From assembly GCA_017550035.1 (NCBI GenBank), contig JAFYLS010000079.1, forward strand, positions 1,925 to 65,924: DNA of 64,000 nucleotides, read 5' to 3'. The position numbers and the translations under genes are program-made. This stretch comes from Clostridia bacterium. Lineage in GTDB: Bacteria > Bacillota > Clostridia > Christensenellales > Aristaeellaceae. The notes beneath the pieces are model-generated. The model worked only from the letters and a program-made list of their open reading frames with translations. It did not search any database and was not told the origin of the DNA. This document shows positions 52,865-61,384 of this stretch, one piece after another (position 1 is the stretch's first letter; each line of letters opens with the position of its first letter).

Positions 52865-54424
52865 TTACTTTTTATATACTTGATCGGAATTTCCAAAGCC
52901 AATGATACTGGTTACGCTTCTGGCCTGATTGTTATCCTTGTCCAGGAATTCTCCCATGAACATCAGAGCAATCGTACCGCCGCCATCCAGATTGATGGCT
53001 TCCACAGCGCCTTTTTCTTGCATTTTTTCGGCCAGCCAGGGGAGATATACGCCCTTGGAATCATCTGTTCTGCCTGTGACCGTGAGAATGATATAGCGAT
53101 GCGGTTCCAGCATGCCGATGGCGCAGCGGGGTTCGCGAAAACGGTAATAGTTATCTTCATCCATATGGGTGCCCAATTTTCCGTCGCGTACCAGAATGGG
53201 GCCGAAAGCAAATGTATCCGTTACGCCCATGCGGAGGTATTCTTCTGCGGTGTGTTCATCGCTGAGAAAGGTTTTCATACTGCCGTCTTTGAACACGGCC
53301 AGCACTTCCAGATTGGGAAAACGAGCTGTGTGAGCGGGGAAGGTATCGTCGCGGATAATTTCGCCGTTGCGGATGATAACGCCTACCGTTTGCTTGCTCA
53401 GCCATCGATTGCCAAAGAAATCGTCTGTGATTCCAAGCACCACATGATTGTCCCAGGCAATATCAAGCGGATTCATGTAGCGGCGTCCGGGCGTTTTGCT
53501 GGGGGAAAGGTAGGAAGTAAGCGGTGCTTTTTCGGAAGTGTGAACCTCTGTTTCAAACCATACCAGACGGTTTGCTTTATCGGTGTACCGACGAATTTCC
53601 ACAGAGAGTGAATCGGAATAATAGAGCCAAAGACCGTCTTTTTCATCAGCATGAACCCATTCCTGGGTACCTTCCGGCAAAAAGCCATTTTCGGTAAGCG
53701 GAGGGATTTCAGGCGTGGAAACGGGTGCGATAGGAGTGGGAATGGCGGTGGGAACGGCAGTGGGCTTGGGTGCATCTTTAGTAGGTACTGCCATGCCGGA
53801 AAATACCAGTGCCTGCAAACAGGCATCGGCAATGCCGGTTGCTTCAAGCCCGCAGGCTGCCTGCAGCTGCATCACGCGCTCTGCCATCAGCGCATTATAT
53901 TGATCGGTCAGATCCAGCGACTTGAAGTAGCCAAGGTAGTACATAGCCTTTTTCAGGGATAATACCTCTTTGCTGATATCGCCTTCCTGCAGCGTGCCGT
54001 ATTGCTGCGCAAGAACGCTCAAGTCAGGGGTGGCAGTAGGCACAGGAGAAGGCGCTGGTGTTGCAGTAGGTGAAGGCGTTGGTGTCTCCGGAGGAATTTC
54101 GGTAGGCGCAGGTGCACCTTCCGTGGGAAGCGCTTTGCCGGAAAACACCAATTCCTGCAAGGCTGCGTCGGCTTTGCCGGTTTCTTCCAAGCCGTTTGTG
54201 CGCTGCAGATTTTTAACGCGTTCGGTCATTACATGGTTATAGCTTTCCGATACATTCAGAGAAGTAAAATAACCAAGATAGTACATGGCTTCCTTGAGTG
54301 CTTTTACATCAGCGCCCGAATCACCTTCAGAAAGATCGCGGAACGCCAGCGCATCAGGCGCAAATAACAAAGAAAACAAAAGAAGCAATACCAGAAAAAG
54401 GGGAAGAATACGTTTGAAAATCAT
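52865..54424 (-). CDS. secreted protein with two peptidoglycan-binding (PG_binding_1) domains, Pro/Thr linkers and a C-terminal phosphodiester glycosidase (NAGPA/DUF2233) domain
   Basis: The duplicated modules are GD.G..V..LK.AMYYLGYF.SL...YN..M.ERV..LQ...GLE.TG.AD and AINLDGGGT lies near the C-terminus. Signal peptide present. Confidence 0.7.
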   Translation of the reverse strand: MIFKRILPLFLVLLLLFSLLFAPDALAFRDLSEGDSGADVKALKEAMYYLGYFTSLNVSESYNHVMTERVKNLQRTNGLEETGKADAALQELVFSGKALPTEGAPAPTEIPPETPTPSPTATPAPSPVPTATPDLSVLAQQYGTLQEGDISKEVLSLKKAMYYLGYFKSLDLTDQYNALMAERVMQLQAACGLEATGIADACLQALVFSGMAVPTKDAPKPTAVPTAIPTPIAPVSTPEIPPLTENGFLPEGTQEWVHADEKDGLWLYYSDSLSVEIRRYTDKANRLVWFETEVHTSEKAPLTSYLSPSKTPGRRYMNPLDIAWDNHVVLGITDDFFGNRWLSKQTVGVIIRNGEIIRDDTFPAHTARFPNLEVLAVFKDGSMKTFLSDEHTAEEYLRMGVTDTFAFGPILVRDGKLGTHMDEDNYYRFREPRCAIGMLEPHRYIILTVTGRTDDSKGVYLPWLAEKMQEKGAVEAINLDGGGTIALMFMGEFLDKDNNQARSVTSIIGFGNSDQVYKK

Positions 54425-54460
54425 AAGTTATCTGTCTCAGTACTTTCTGTGTTGTTCTCA

Positions 54461-54496
54461 ATATAAACAGCTTCCCGGAACTTCTTCCGGGAAGCT
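54461..54496 (-). terminator. potD terminator
   Basis: agcttcccggaa-cttc-ttccgggaagct, a 12-bp perfect stem. Confidence 0.75.
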
Positions 54497-54507
54497 ATTG
54501 CGCCAGA

Positions 54508-55542
54508 TCAGGAACCCTTGATCTGACCCCAGAGGGTGTTGTAGACGTTGATGAAATCGCCCACATCATGGAAATATTCGCAGCGATTGGTGATTTCTTC
54601 GCTGGGATTGAGTACTACGTTCTGCATATATTCATCACCCATCAATGCAATGGCGCCCAGGTTGGGAGAAGAATAACGGATATAATCGCAGTTCATTTTG
54701 GCAATTTCGGGGCGGGTGAGGAAGTCGATCAGGGTGTGTGCATTTTCCCCGTTCTGGGCAGTGGAAGAAATAACCATGGGATCCACCCAGATGTTGCTGC
54801 CTTCAGAAGGAACTACAAACTTCAAATCAGCGTTGCGGTCAATAGCATACTGTGCATCGCCGGACCACATAAGCGCCATGGCAGCTTCGCCCAGCACCAT
54901 CTTATCCTTGGTTTCATCCACCTGATAGGCTTTTACGATGCCATCCTGCTTCTGCTTGATAAGCAGATCGCGGGCGGCGGAGAGTTCGGCAGGAACACGG
55001 GTATTCAGGGAATAGCCCAGATATTTCAGCGCGGCGCCCAGCGTATCACGATAGGAGTCCATCATGAAAACCTGACCAGCATATTTGCTGTCAAACATGG
55101 AGGCCCAGGAGGTGATGTCTTCCTCCACCATGGTGGAGTTGTACAGAATACCCACAGTGCCCCACATATAAGGTACGCTGTATTCGTTGGTGGGGTCATA
55201 ATCAGGATTCAGCAATCGGGGATCGATCTCGCTGTGGTTGGTGATCTTGCTCATATCAATGGGCTGGATCAGGTTTTCGGCGATCATGCGTTCCACGCAG
55301 TAATCAGAGGGGAAGATCACGTCAAAAGCACCGGGATTGGCGCGCAGCTGCACCATCATATCCTCATTGGTGGTAAAGTTGATATAATTGACTTTGATGC
55401 CTGTTTCCTGTTCAAACATTTCAAGCACCTGTTCGTCAATGTAGTCTTCCCAGTTATATACGTTTACTTCTTCCTGTGCCAGAGCGACGGGAAAGAGGGA
55501 TACCAGCAGTACGATGGAGAGAATGAAAGCCAGCTTTTTCAT
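54508..55542 (-). CDS. potD: spermidine/putrescine ABC transporter substrate-binding protein
   Basis: Signal peptide present. VNVYNWEDYIDE is the typical PotD start. Operon context with potABC. Confidence 0.88.
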   Translation of the reverse strand: MKKLAFILSIVLLVSLFPVALAQEEVNVYNWEDYIDEQVLEMFEQETGIKVNYINFTTNEDMMVQLRANPGAFDVIFPSDYCVERMIAENLIQPIDMSKITNHSEIDPRLLNPDYDPTNEYSVPYMWGTVGILYNSTMVEEDITSWASMFDSKYAGQVFMMDSYRDTLGAALKYLGYSLNTRVPAELSAARDLLIKQKQDGIVKAYQVDETKDKMVLGEAAMALMWSGDAQYAIDRNADLKFVVPSEGSNIWVDPMVISSTAQNGENAHTLIDFLTRPEIAKMNCDYIRYSSPNLGAIALMGDEYMQNVVLNPSEEITNRCEYFHDVGDFINVYNTLWGQIKGS

Positions 55543-55593
55543 GATGATCTTGCCTCCTTTAATTTGTTATTTTGAAGCGTTTGGCTTCGGATT

Positions 55594-56364
55594 TCAGGCT
55601 TGAGGTTCTTTGGTGCGCCGGTTCACAATCAGCAGCAGCACCAGCAGCAAAATGAACATCAGCGCACTCAGTGCGTTCATGGTGGGTTTGATGCCGCGTC
55701 TTGCTTCGGAATAAATCAGCGTGGACAGATTCTGCACCAAGGGGCTGGTGGTGAAGTAACTGACGGTAAAATCGTCCAGCGACAGCGTGAAAGCCATCAG
55801 CGCACCGGTGATGATACCGGGTTTGATTTCGGGCAGAATTACATGGAACAGGGCATATACGGGGGTGGCGCCCAAATCCAGCGCGGCTTCGTAAGCATGG
55901 GAGTTCATCTGCTTCAATTTGGGCATCACGGACAGGATTACATAGGGGGTATTGAAAGTGATGTGTGCCAGCAGCATGGTCCAGTATCCGCGCTGTACCT
56001 TGGTGAAGATAAACAGTAGCATCAGGGAGATACCGGTAACAATGTCCGGCATGGTCATGGGCAGGTTAGTCAGTGTCATCATGAAAGCCTGAGGGCGCTT
56101 TTTCATGGCGTGGATGCCGATGGCAGCCAGTGAGCCCAGGATGGTTGAGAAGAAAGCGGCCAGTATGGCGATAGAGACGGTGACATACAGGGCGTCCATG
56201 ATGTTCTTATTGCGGAACAGTTCGCCATACCAGCGGAGGGAAAAACCTTCCCATACGGCGCGGCTGGAACCGGCATTAAAAGACTGAATAACCAGTACCA
56301 CGATGGGCAGATAGAGGAATGCCAGAATCAGAGCAAGGTAGGAGCGTTTCAATACTTTCATCAT
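55594..56364 (-). CDS. potC: spermidine/putrescine ABC transporter permease
   Basis: 256 aa and 6 TM segments. The EAA loop is AYEAALDLGATPVYALFHVILP. Confidence 0.88.
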   Translation of the reverse strand: MMKVLKRSYLALILAFLYLPIVVLVIQSFNAGSSRAVWEGFSLRWYGELFRNKNIMDALYVTVSIAILAAFFSTILGSLAAIGIHAMKKRPQAFMMTLTNLPMTMPDIVTGISLMLLFIFTKVQRGYWTMLLAHITFNTPYVILSVMPKLKQMNSHAYEAALDLGATPVYALFHVILPEIKPGIITGALMAFTLSLDDFTVSYFTTSPLVQNLSTLIYSEARRGIKPTMNALSALMFILLLVLLLIVNRRTKEPQA

Positions 56365-57350
56365 AACATGCTGCCTCCTTCACCATCGGGGTCTACTTTG
56401 CGGAGCAGACCAAGGCTCAGCAGAATGAGCACCATCATAATGAGAGACAGGGCACTGCCCAGATTCCAGTTATTGGCAGTCAGGAAAGTTCGTTCAATCA
56501 AGTCGCCGAACATTTCGGTGTTGCCGCCGCCCAGCATACGGGGGATAAAGAAGGTGGTTACAGCAGGCATGAACACCATGGTGATGCCGCTGACTACGCC
56601 GGGCAGAGACAGGGGGAAGGTGACCTTCCAGAAGGTAAGCCACCTATTGGCGCCCAGGTCCATGCTGGCTTCGAACAGCTTTACATCCTGCTTGGCCAGC
56701 GCATTGTAGATGGGGAACACCATGAAGGGCAGGAAGTTGTATACCATACCCAGCTGCACAGCATTGCTGTTGTACATCAGCTGTACGCGTTCAAAGCCAA
56801 GCCAGATCAGCAGTTTGTTGATCAGACCGTTATCCTCCAGCAGCGTCATCCAGGCGATGGTTCGGAGAATGAAGTTCATCCACATGGGAATGATGAAAAG
56901 GACAACCAGTGTAGCGCCCAGCTTGAACTGACGGTCCGCCATGATGGCTGCGGCAGGGTAACCCAGCAGCAGACAGATCAACGTGCAGAGGAAGGCCATC
57001 CACAGGGAGTACACCAGCGTATCCAGGTTCACCGTACCGCGGCCGCCGCCCATTTCTGCCGGGTCAAAACCCATTTCGATGAGCTGCTTGTTCATGGTAT
57101 GGTTGGAATCCCAGAAGGTGACAAAGTTGTCGAAGGTGAATTTGCCGTTTGCGTCGGTAAAGGCGTAATAGGCAATCAGAATAATAGGAAGAACGGTAAA
57201 GATAATCATCCACAGGGTGTAGGGAGAGGCAAACAGGGAACGGCTCATGCCCTTATGCCTGCGGATATAGAGAACCAGCAGGGCGATGAAGGCGATAAAG
57301 CCCAGCGCCATCAGCCAGGTGCCCCATACGGGCATTTTCAGATCCAGCAC
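56361..57350 (-). CDS. potB: spermidine/putrescine ABC transporter permease
   Basis: The EAA loop is LFEASMDLGANRWLTFWKVTFP. Overlaps potC by 4 nt. GTG start at 57350. Confidence 0.85.
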   Translation of the reverse strand: MLDLKMPVWGTWLMALGFIAFIALLVLYIRRHKGMSRSLFASPYTLWMIIFTVLPIILIAYYAFTDANGKFTFDNFVTFWDSNHTMNKQLIEMGFDPAEMGGGRGTVNLDTLVYSLWMAFLCTLICLLLGYPAAAIMADRQFKLGATLVVLFIIPMWMNFILRTIAWMTLLEDNGLINKLLIWLGFERVQLMYNSNAVQLGMVYNFLPFMVFPIYNALAKQDVKLFEASMDLGANRWLTFWKVTFPLSLPGVVSGITMVFMPAVTTFFIPRMLGGGNTEMFGDLIERTFLTANNWNLGSALSLIMMVLILLSLGLLRKVDPDGEGGSML

Positions 57351-57357
57351 GGCTTTG

Positions 57358-58407
57358 TTACGCCTCCTTCATGGGATGCATGATATGAATGTTGAAGGGA
57401 ACAACATTCAGGCCCACACGGGAGCCTTCGGGCTGCATGGTGGTGGAATGAACTTTCCACACGCAGTTGCCGGTATCGATCATCATTTCGTAATGCACGC
57501 CCTTGAAAAGTACGCTGCGGATTACGCCGGTTACCTGACCGATATCTTCGCCCACCAGCATCACGTCTTCAGGACGGACTACAACGTCCACAGGAGCATT
57601 CTCGCCAAAACCGGAGTCCACGCATACAAACTGCTGTCCGCAGAATTCTACCAGTTCGTCCCGCACCATGGTGCCCTTGAAAATATTGCTTTCGCCGATA
57701 AAATTGGCAACAAAAGCATTCTTGGGTTCATCGTAAATGGTTTTAGGCGTACCGATCTGCTGAATGTGACCGCCGTGCATGACCACGATGGTATCGGACA
57801 TGGTGAGCGCTTCTTCCTGGTCGTGCGTTACATAAATAAAGGTAATGCCCAGACGCTGCTGCATGGATTTGAGTTCCAACTGCATTTCCTTGCGCAGTTT
57901 CAAATCCAGTGCGCCCAGAGGTTCATCCAGAAGCAGCACTTCAGGTTCGTTGACCAGAGCGCGGGCAATGGCAATGCGCTGCTGCTGGCCGCCGGAAAGG
58001 GAATCTACGCTGCGTTTGCCGTAGCCGGAAAGATTGACCAGGTCCAGCATTTTGTCTACGCGCTTGTTGATCTCCTGTTTGGGCATTTTTTTGATTTTCA
58101 GACCAAATGCAATGTTATCCCGCACATTCAGATGGGGAAACAGAGCATATTTCTGGAAAACGGTGTTTACCCGGCGCTTGTACGGGGGCACATCGTTGAT
58201 TTCTTTGCCGTCAAAAATAACTTTGCCGGTATCTGCCGTTTCAAAACCGCCGATAATACGCAGTGTGGTGGTTTTGCCGCAGCCGGAAGGACCCAGCAGG
58301 GTCAGAAATTCATTTTTGCGAATATAAAGATTGATATTATCCAGAACGGTATTACCGTCAAACTCCTTGGAGATGTTCTCCAGGGTAATCAAACGCTGCT
58401 CTTCCAT
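57358..58407 (-). CDS. potA: spermidine/putrescine ABC transporter ATP-binding protein
   Basis: Walker [10 protein letters not shown], signature LSGGQQQR, Walker B LLLDEP. C-terminal TOBE-like domain. Confidence 0.92.
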   Translation of the reverse strand: MEEQRLITLENISKEFDGNTVLDNINLYIRKNEFLTLLGPSGCGKTTTLRIIGGFETADTGKVIFDGKEINDVPPYKRRVNTVFQKYALFPHLNVRDNIAFGLKIKKMPKQEINKRVDKMLDLVNLSGYGKRSVDSLSGGQQQRIAIARALVNEPEVLLLDEPLGALDLKLRKEMQLELKSMQQRLGITFIYVTHDQEEALTMSDTIVVMHGGHIQQIGTPKTIYDEPKNAFVANFIGESNIFKGTMVRDELVEFCGQQFVCVDSGFGENAPVDVVVRPEDVMLVGEDIGQVTGVIRSVLFKGVHYEMMIDTGNCVWKVHSTTMQPEGSRVGLNVVPFNIHIMHPMKEA

Positions 58408-58453
58408 CTTCCTCAACCTTCCGTAAAAGCATATTCAACAAAGTCTGCTGTGA

Positions 58454-58996
58454 TCAGAATGTGGGCGGGTTGCTGACCCAGATAAAAGTGGCAGGGCGCT
58501 TCCCGGTGTTTTCGATCATGTGGGATGCGGCAGGGTGAATGCAGAAGCTTTCGCCCGTGCGCACCTTATAACGCTTTGTACCTACGTGCAGCAGAATAGA
58601 GCCGGAGAGTACGTAGCCGAATTCCTCGCCTTCGTGGGGCGGCATTTCCTGCGTCTGTCCGCCGGCATCCAGTGAAACCAGAATGGGTTCCATGCTGTTT
58701 TTCTGTGCACTTGGAATGAGCCAGGTGATGGTGCCGCGCAGTGTTTCCTCATCTTCCTTGACAAACATATCGCTTTCGGAGAAAACGATTTTTTCGTCGT
58801 GCTTATCGGAGAAGAATTCCTGCAGATTGCTGCCCAGACACTCCAGCATATCCGTAAGCGTTGCAATGGAGGGGGAGGCCAGATCGCGTTCTACCTGAGA
58901 GATAAAACCTTTGCTCAGTTCACAGCGGTCTGCCATCTCTTCCTGGGTCAGGTTGCGCTGAAGACGTAACTGCCTCAGCTTTTCGCCGATATCCAT
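58454..58996 (-). CDS. XRE-family HTH + cupin domain transcriptional regulator (PuuR-like)
   Basis: MDIGEKLRQLRLQRNLTQEEMADRCELSKGFISQVERD is the HTH_3 domain. The C-terminal cupin region includes HEGEEFGYVLSG and ESFCIHP. Confidence 0.85.
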   Translation of the reverse strand: MDIGEKLRQLRLQRNLTQEEMADRCELSKGFISQVERDLASPSIATLTDMLECLGSNLQEFFSDKHDEKIVFSESDMFVKEDEETLRGTITWLIPSAQKNSMEPILVSLDAGGQTQEMPPHEGEEFGYVLSGSILLHVGTKRYKVRTGESFCIHPAASHMIENTGKRPATFIWVSNPPTF

Positions 58997-59021
58997 GCCC
59001 GTTTCACGCTCCTTGCCTGCG

Positions 59022-59116
59022 TTTACTTTCACTAAACTTTCTGTCGCACTTTGACGTTTAGATTTACTAAACACAAAAGCAAGAAACATTAAACCACAAC
59101 AGGGGGGTGATGTCAA
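59022..59116 (-). promoter_or_regulatory. promoter of the regulator-pot operon with palindromic operator candidates
   Basis: On the minus strand: TTGACA (59116-59111), 17 nt, TTTAAT (59093-59088). Downstream are TTTAGTAAATCTAAA (59071-59057, a 5-bp-arm palindrome) and the related TTTAGTGAAAGTAAA (59036-59022). Confidence 0.5.
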
Positions 59117-59256
59117 TATATAAACGCAGTTTACAGCATGGAATTACAAACTTTTTTTGCTTTTTTTGCATTTTTGAAATATAGAGACGATTTTTGTGTA
59201 TGAAATACAGGGAATCCGTCATTTTTTGATGCATCGGAAGATGCTGCAATTCGCTC

Positions 59257-59285
59257 TTGCACGGCGGATGGAGATATGATATACT
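59257..59285 (+). promoter_or_regulatory. ctsR operon promoter
   Basis: TTGCAC (59257-59262), 17 nt, TATACT (59280-59285). Confidence 0.6.
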
Positions 59286-59292
59286 GCTTATA

Positions 59293-59309
59293 GGTCAAAG
59301 TAAGTCAGA
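59293..59309 (+). promoter_or_regulatory. CtsR operator (heptad direct repeat)
   Basis: GGTCAAAGTAAGTCAGA compared with the consensus A/GGTCAAAnAnA/GGTCAAA. It lies immediately downstream of the -10 element. Confidence 0.75.
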
Positions 59310-59338
59310 AATGAGAACTTTGATACAAGGAGGTTCCC

Positions 59339-59806
59339 GTGAGACTGAGTGATACGATTGAAGCTTTTATCAAGACGCTGATACAGGAAGAAGACCAGAG
59401 CTGCGAACTGAAGCGCAATGAACTGGCCGAATACTTCCACTGTGCGCCTTCACAGATCAATTATGTGCTTTCCACCCGTTTTACACCCGATCATGGCTAT
59501 ATCATCAGCAGCCAGCGAGGCGGCGGCGGATGCATCCGCATTGTACGTATTCGGGAAACGGCAAGAGACCGGCTTACATATCTTGTCAATGAGAGAATCG
59601 GTGAAAGTATTGATGAAACCAGCGCGCAGATTCTGTGCAGCCAGTTGGCTGAAAGCCAGTTCATACCGCTGGAAGAAGCAAAACTTATGGCATCTGCGGT
59701 CAGCCGTCAGGCCCTGTCGCTGCCTGTGCCGGAAGAAATCAAAAATATGATGCGTGCCCGGATATTGAGAAGTATGCTGACTGTTATTGCTCAGCGCGAA
59801 AAATAA
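59339..59806 (+). CDS. ctsR: class III stress-gene repressor CtsR
   Basis: MRLSDTIEAFIKTLI...RNELAEYFHCAPSQINYVLSTRFTPDHGYIISSQRGGGGCIRIVRI includes the glycine-rich loop. GTG start after GGAGG. Confidence 0.92.
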   Translation: MRLSDTIEAFIKTLIQEEDQSCELKRNELAEYFHCAPSQINYVLSTRFTPDHGYIISSQRGGGGCIRIVRIRETARDRLTYLVNERIGESIDETSAQILCSQLAESQFIPLEEAKLMASAVSRQALSLPVPEEIKNMMRARILRSMLTVIAQREK

Positions 59807-59833
59807 GCTGATTCAGCTGATGTGGAGGAAGCC

Positions 59834-60379
59834 ATGCTTTGCGAAGAATGTAATGTGCGCCCTGCAGAAGTAACGATTACGACTGTGATTGGCGGCGAAA
59901 AAACGGTGCGTCATCTGTGCCGGGACTGTATGAAAAAATATCAGAACGGGGATATTTCTTCCCTGATGGCGGCGATTTTATCTTCCATGACGCCCCGCAA
60001 AACGGAAAATGCGGAAACGGATGCTGTTTGTCCCAACTGCGGCATGCATATTTCCCAGTTCCGCAAAAGCGGTGTGCTGGGCTGTGCAGAGTGCTATCAG
60101 GCGTTCAAGGAAGAACTGCGTCCGCTGTTCACCCGCATTCAGGGCAGAACGCAGCACGCGGGACGCCGGCCTCCTGCCAGCCCTGAAGAACAGGAACGCA
60201 TCCGCAAAATGGAAGAACTGAGAAAGAAACTGGAAGATGCTGTTCAGGCCGAAGAATATGAGATGGCTGCCCGCTTCCGGGATGAACTTAAGGAACTGCA
60301 GCAGAGCAAAGTGCAGGAAGCAGAGCCAGGTTCTGCCGCCATTAAAGACGTACAGAAGGAGGAAGGGAAAGATGCATAA
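59834..60379 (+). CDS. mcsA: McsA (UvrB/UvrC-motif zinc-finger activator of McsB)
   Basis: CxxC pairs are MLCEECN...CRDC and CPNCG...CAECY. The UVR motif is EEYEMAARFRDELKEL. Confidence 0.85.
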   Translation: MLCEECNVRPAEVTITTVIGGEKTVRHLCRDCMKKYQNGDISSLMAAILSSMTPRKTENAETDAVCPNCGMHISQFRKSGVLGCAECYQAFKEELRPLFTRIQGRTQHAGRRPPASPEEQERIRKMEELRKKLEDAVQAEEYEMAARFRDELKELQQSKVQEAEPGSAAIKDVQKEEGKDA

Positions 60380-61370
60380 TGAACATCCCATCATTCTTTC
60401 GTCCCGGGTGCGTCTTGCGCGAAATTTGCAGGATATACCGTTCAGAACCCGTATGACGCCGGAACAGGCGGACAATTGCATAGAGCGGGTACTGGCCGTT
60501 TTGCGGGATGAAACGGATATTTACCACTATTATCCCATGCGCGGCATCAAAGAAAACCTGCGTCAAAAAATGGTAGAGAGCCATCAGATCAGCCCGGACC
60601 TGTTCAAAAATGATGATCTGGGTGCGGCGCTGGTGAGAAATGATGAAAAAGTGGTGCTGATGGTAAATGAAGAAGACCATCTGCGCATACAGGGGTTTGG
60701 GCCGGGTTTGGATCTTCCCGCTGCAGCGCAGGCTGCCTATGAAACGGAAGATGCTCTGCAGCGCAAACTGAATTTTGCGTTTGATGAACAGTGGGGGTAC
60801 CTGACAGCCTGTCCTACCAACACCGGAACGGGTATGAGGGCCAGCGTTATGCTGCATCTGCCTATGCTGGCATTGCTTAAGCAGATGGGCAAAGTGACTC
60901 AACTGGCAGCCAAAGTGGGCCTTACCATTCGCGGTATCTACGGCGAAGGCAGCGAAGCGCTGGGGCATGTATATCAATTGAGCAATCAGGTAACACTGGG
61001 ACGAACGGAAAATGAAATTATTGAAGCGGTGACCGCTGTTGCCGGGCAGATCGAAAGCATGGAAAAGAACTGCCGCGAAAAGGCATGGGAGAAAGATCCT
61101 TTGTCCTTTGAAGATCAGCTGGAGCGCTCCATGGGGCTGATGTGCTTTGCCAGAAAAATGGCGGTAAAAGAGTTTTTTGTGCACTGGAGCAATCTGCGAG
61201 TAGCATCTGCGATGGGTAAAACGGGCGTGCCCCTTTCCGTGTGTGATATGCTGCTGAAAAAGGCACAGCGTGCACATCTCTTGGCGGAAGCCGGGAAAGA
61301 ACTTTCTGAAAAGGAAATTGATGCCCGCAGAAGCGATATGCTGCGGAGCACACTGAGTATCTATCATTGA
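60372..61370 (+). CDS. mcsB: protein arginine kinase McsB
   Basis: SSRVRLARNL and CPTNTGTGMRASVMLHLP are the phosphagen-kinase signature. Overlaps mcsA by 8 nt. Confidence 0.9.
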   Translation: MHNEHPIILSSRVRLARNLQDIPFRTRMTPEQADNCIERVLAVLRDETDIYHYYPMRGIKENLRQKMVESHQISPDLFKNDDLGAALVRNDEKVVLMVNEEDHLRIQGFGPGLDLPAAAQAAYETEDALQRKLNFAFDEQWGYLTACPTNTGTGMRASVMLHLPMLALLKQMGKVTQLAAKVGLTIRGIYGEGSEALGHVYQLSNQVTLGRTENEIIEAVTAVAGQIESMEKNCREKAWEKDPLSFEDQLERSMGLMCFARKMAVKEFFVHWSNLRVASAMGKTGVPLSVCDMLLKKAQRAHLLAEAGKELSEKEIDARRSDMLRSTLSIYH

Positions 61371-61384
61371 TCGGAGGAAACGGT

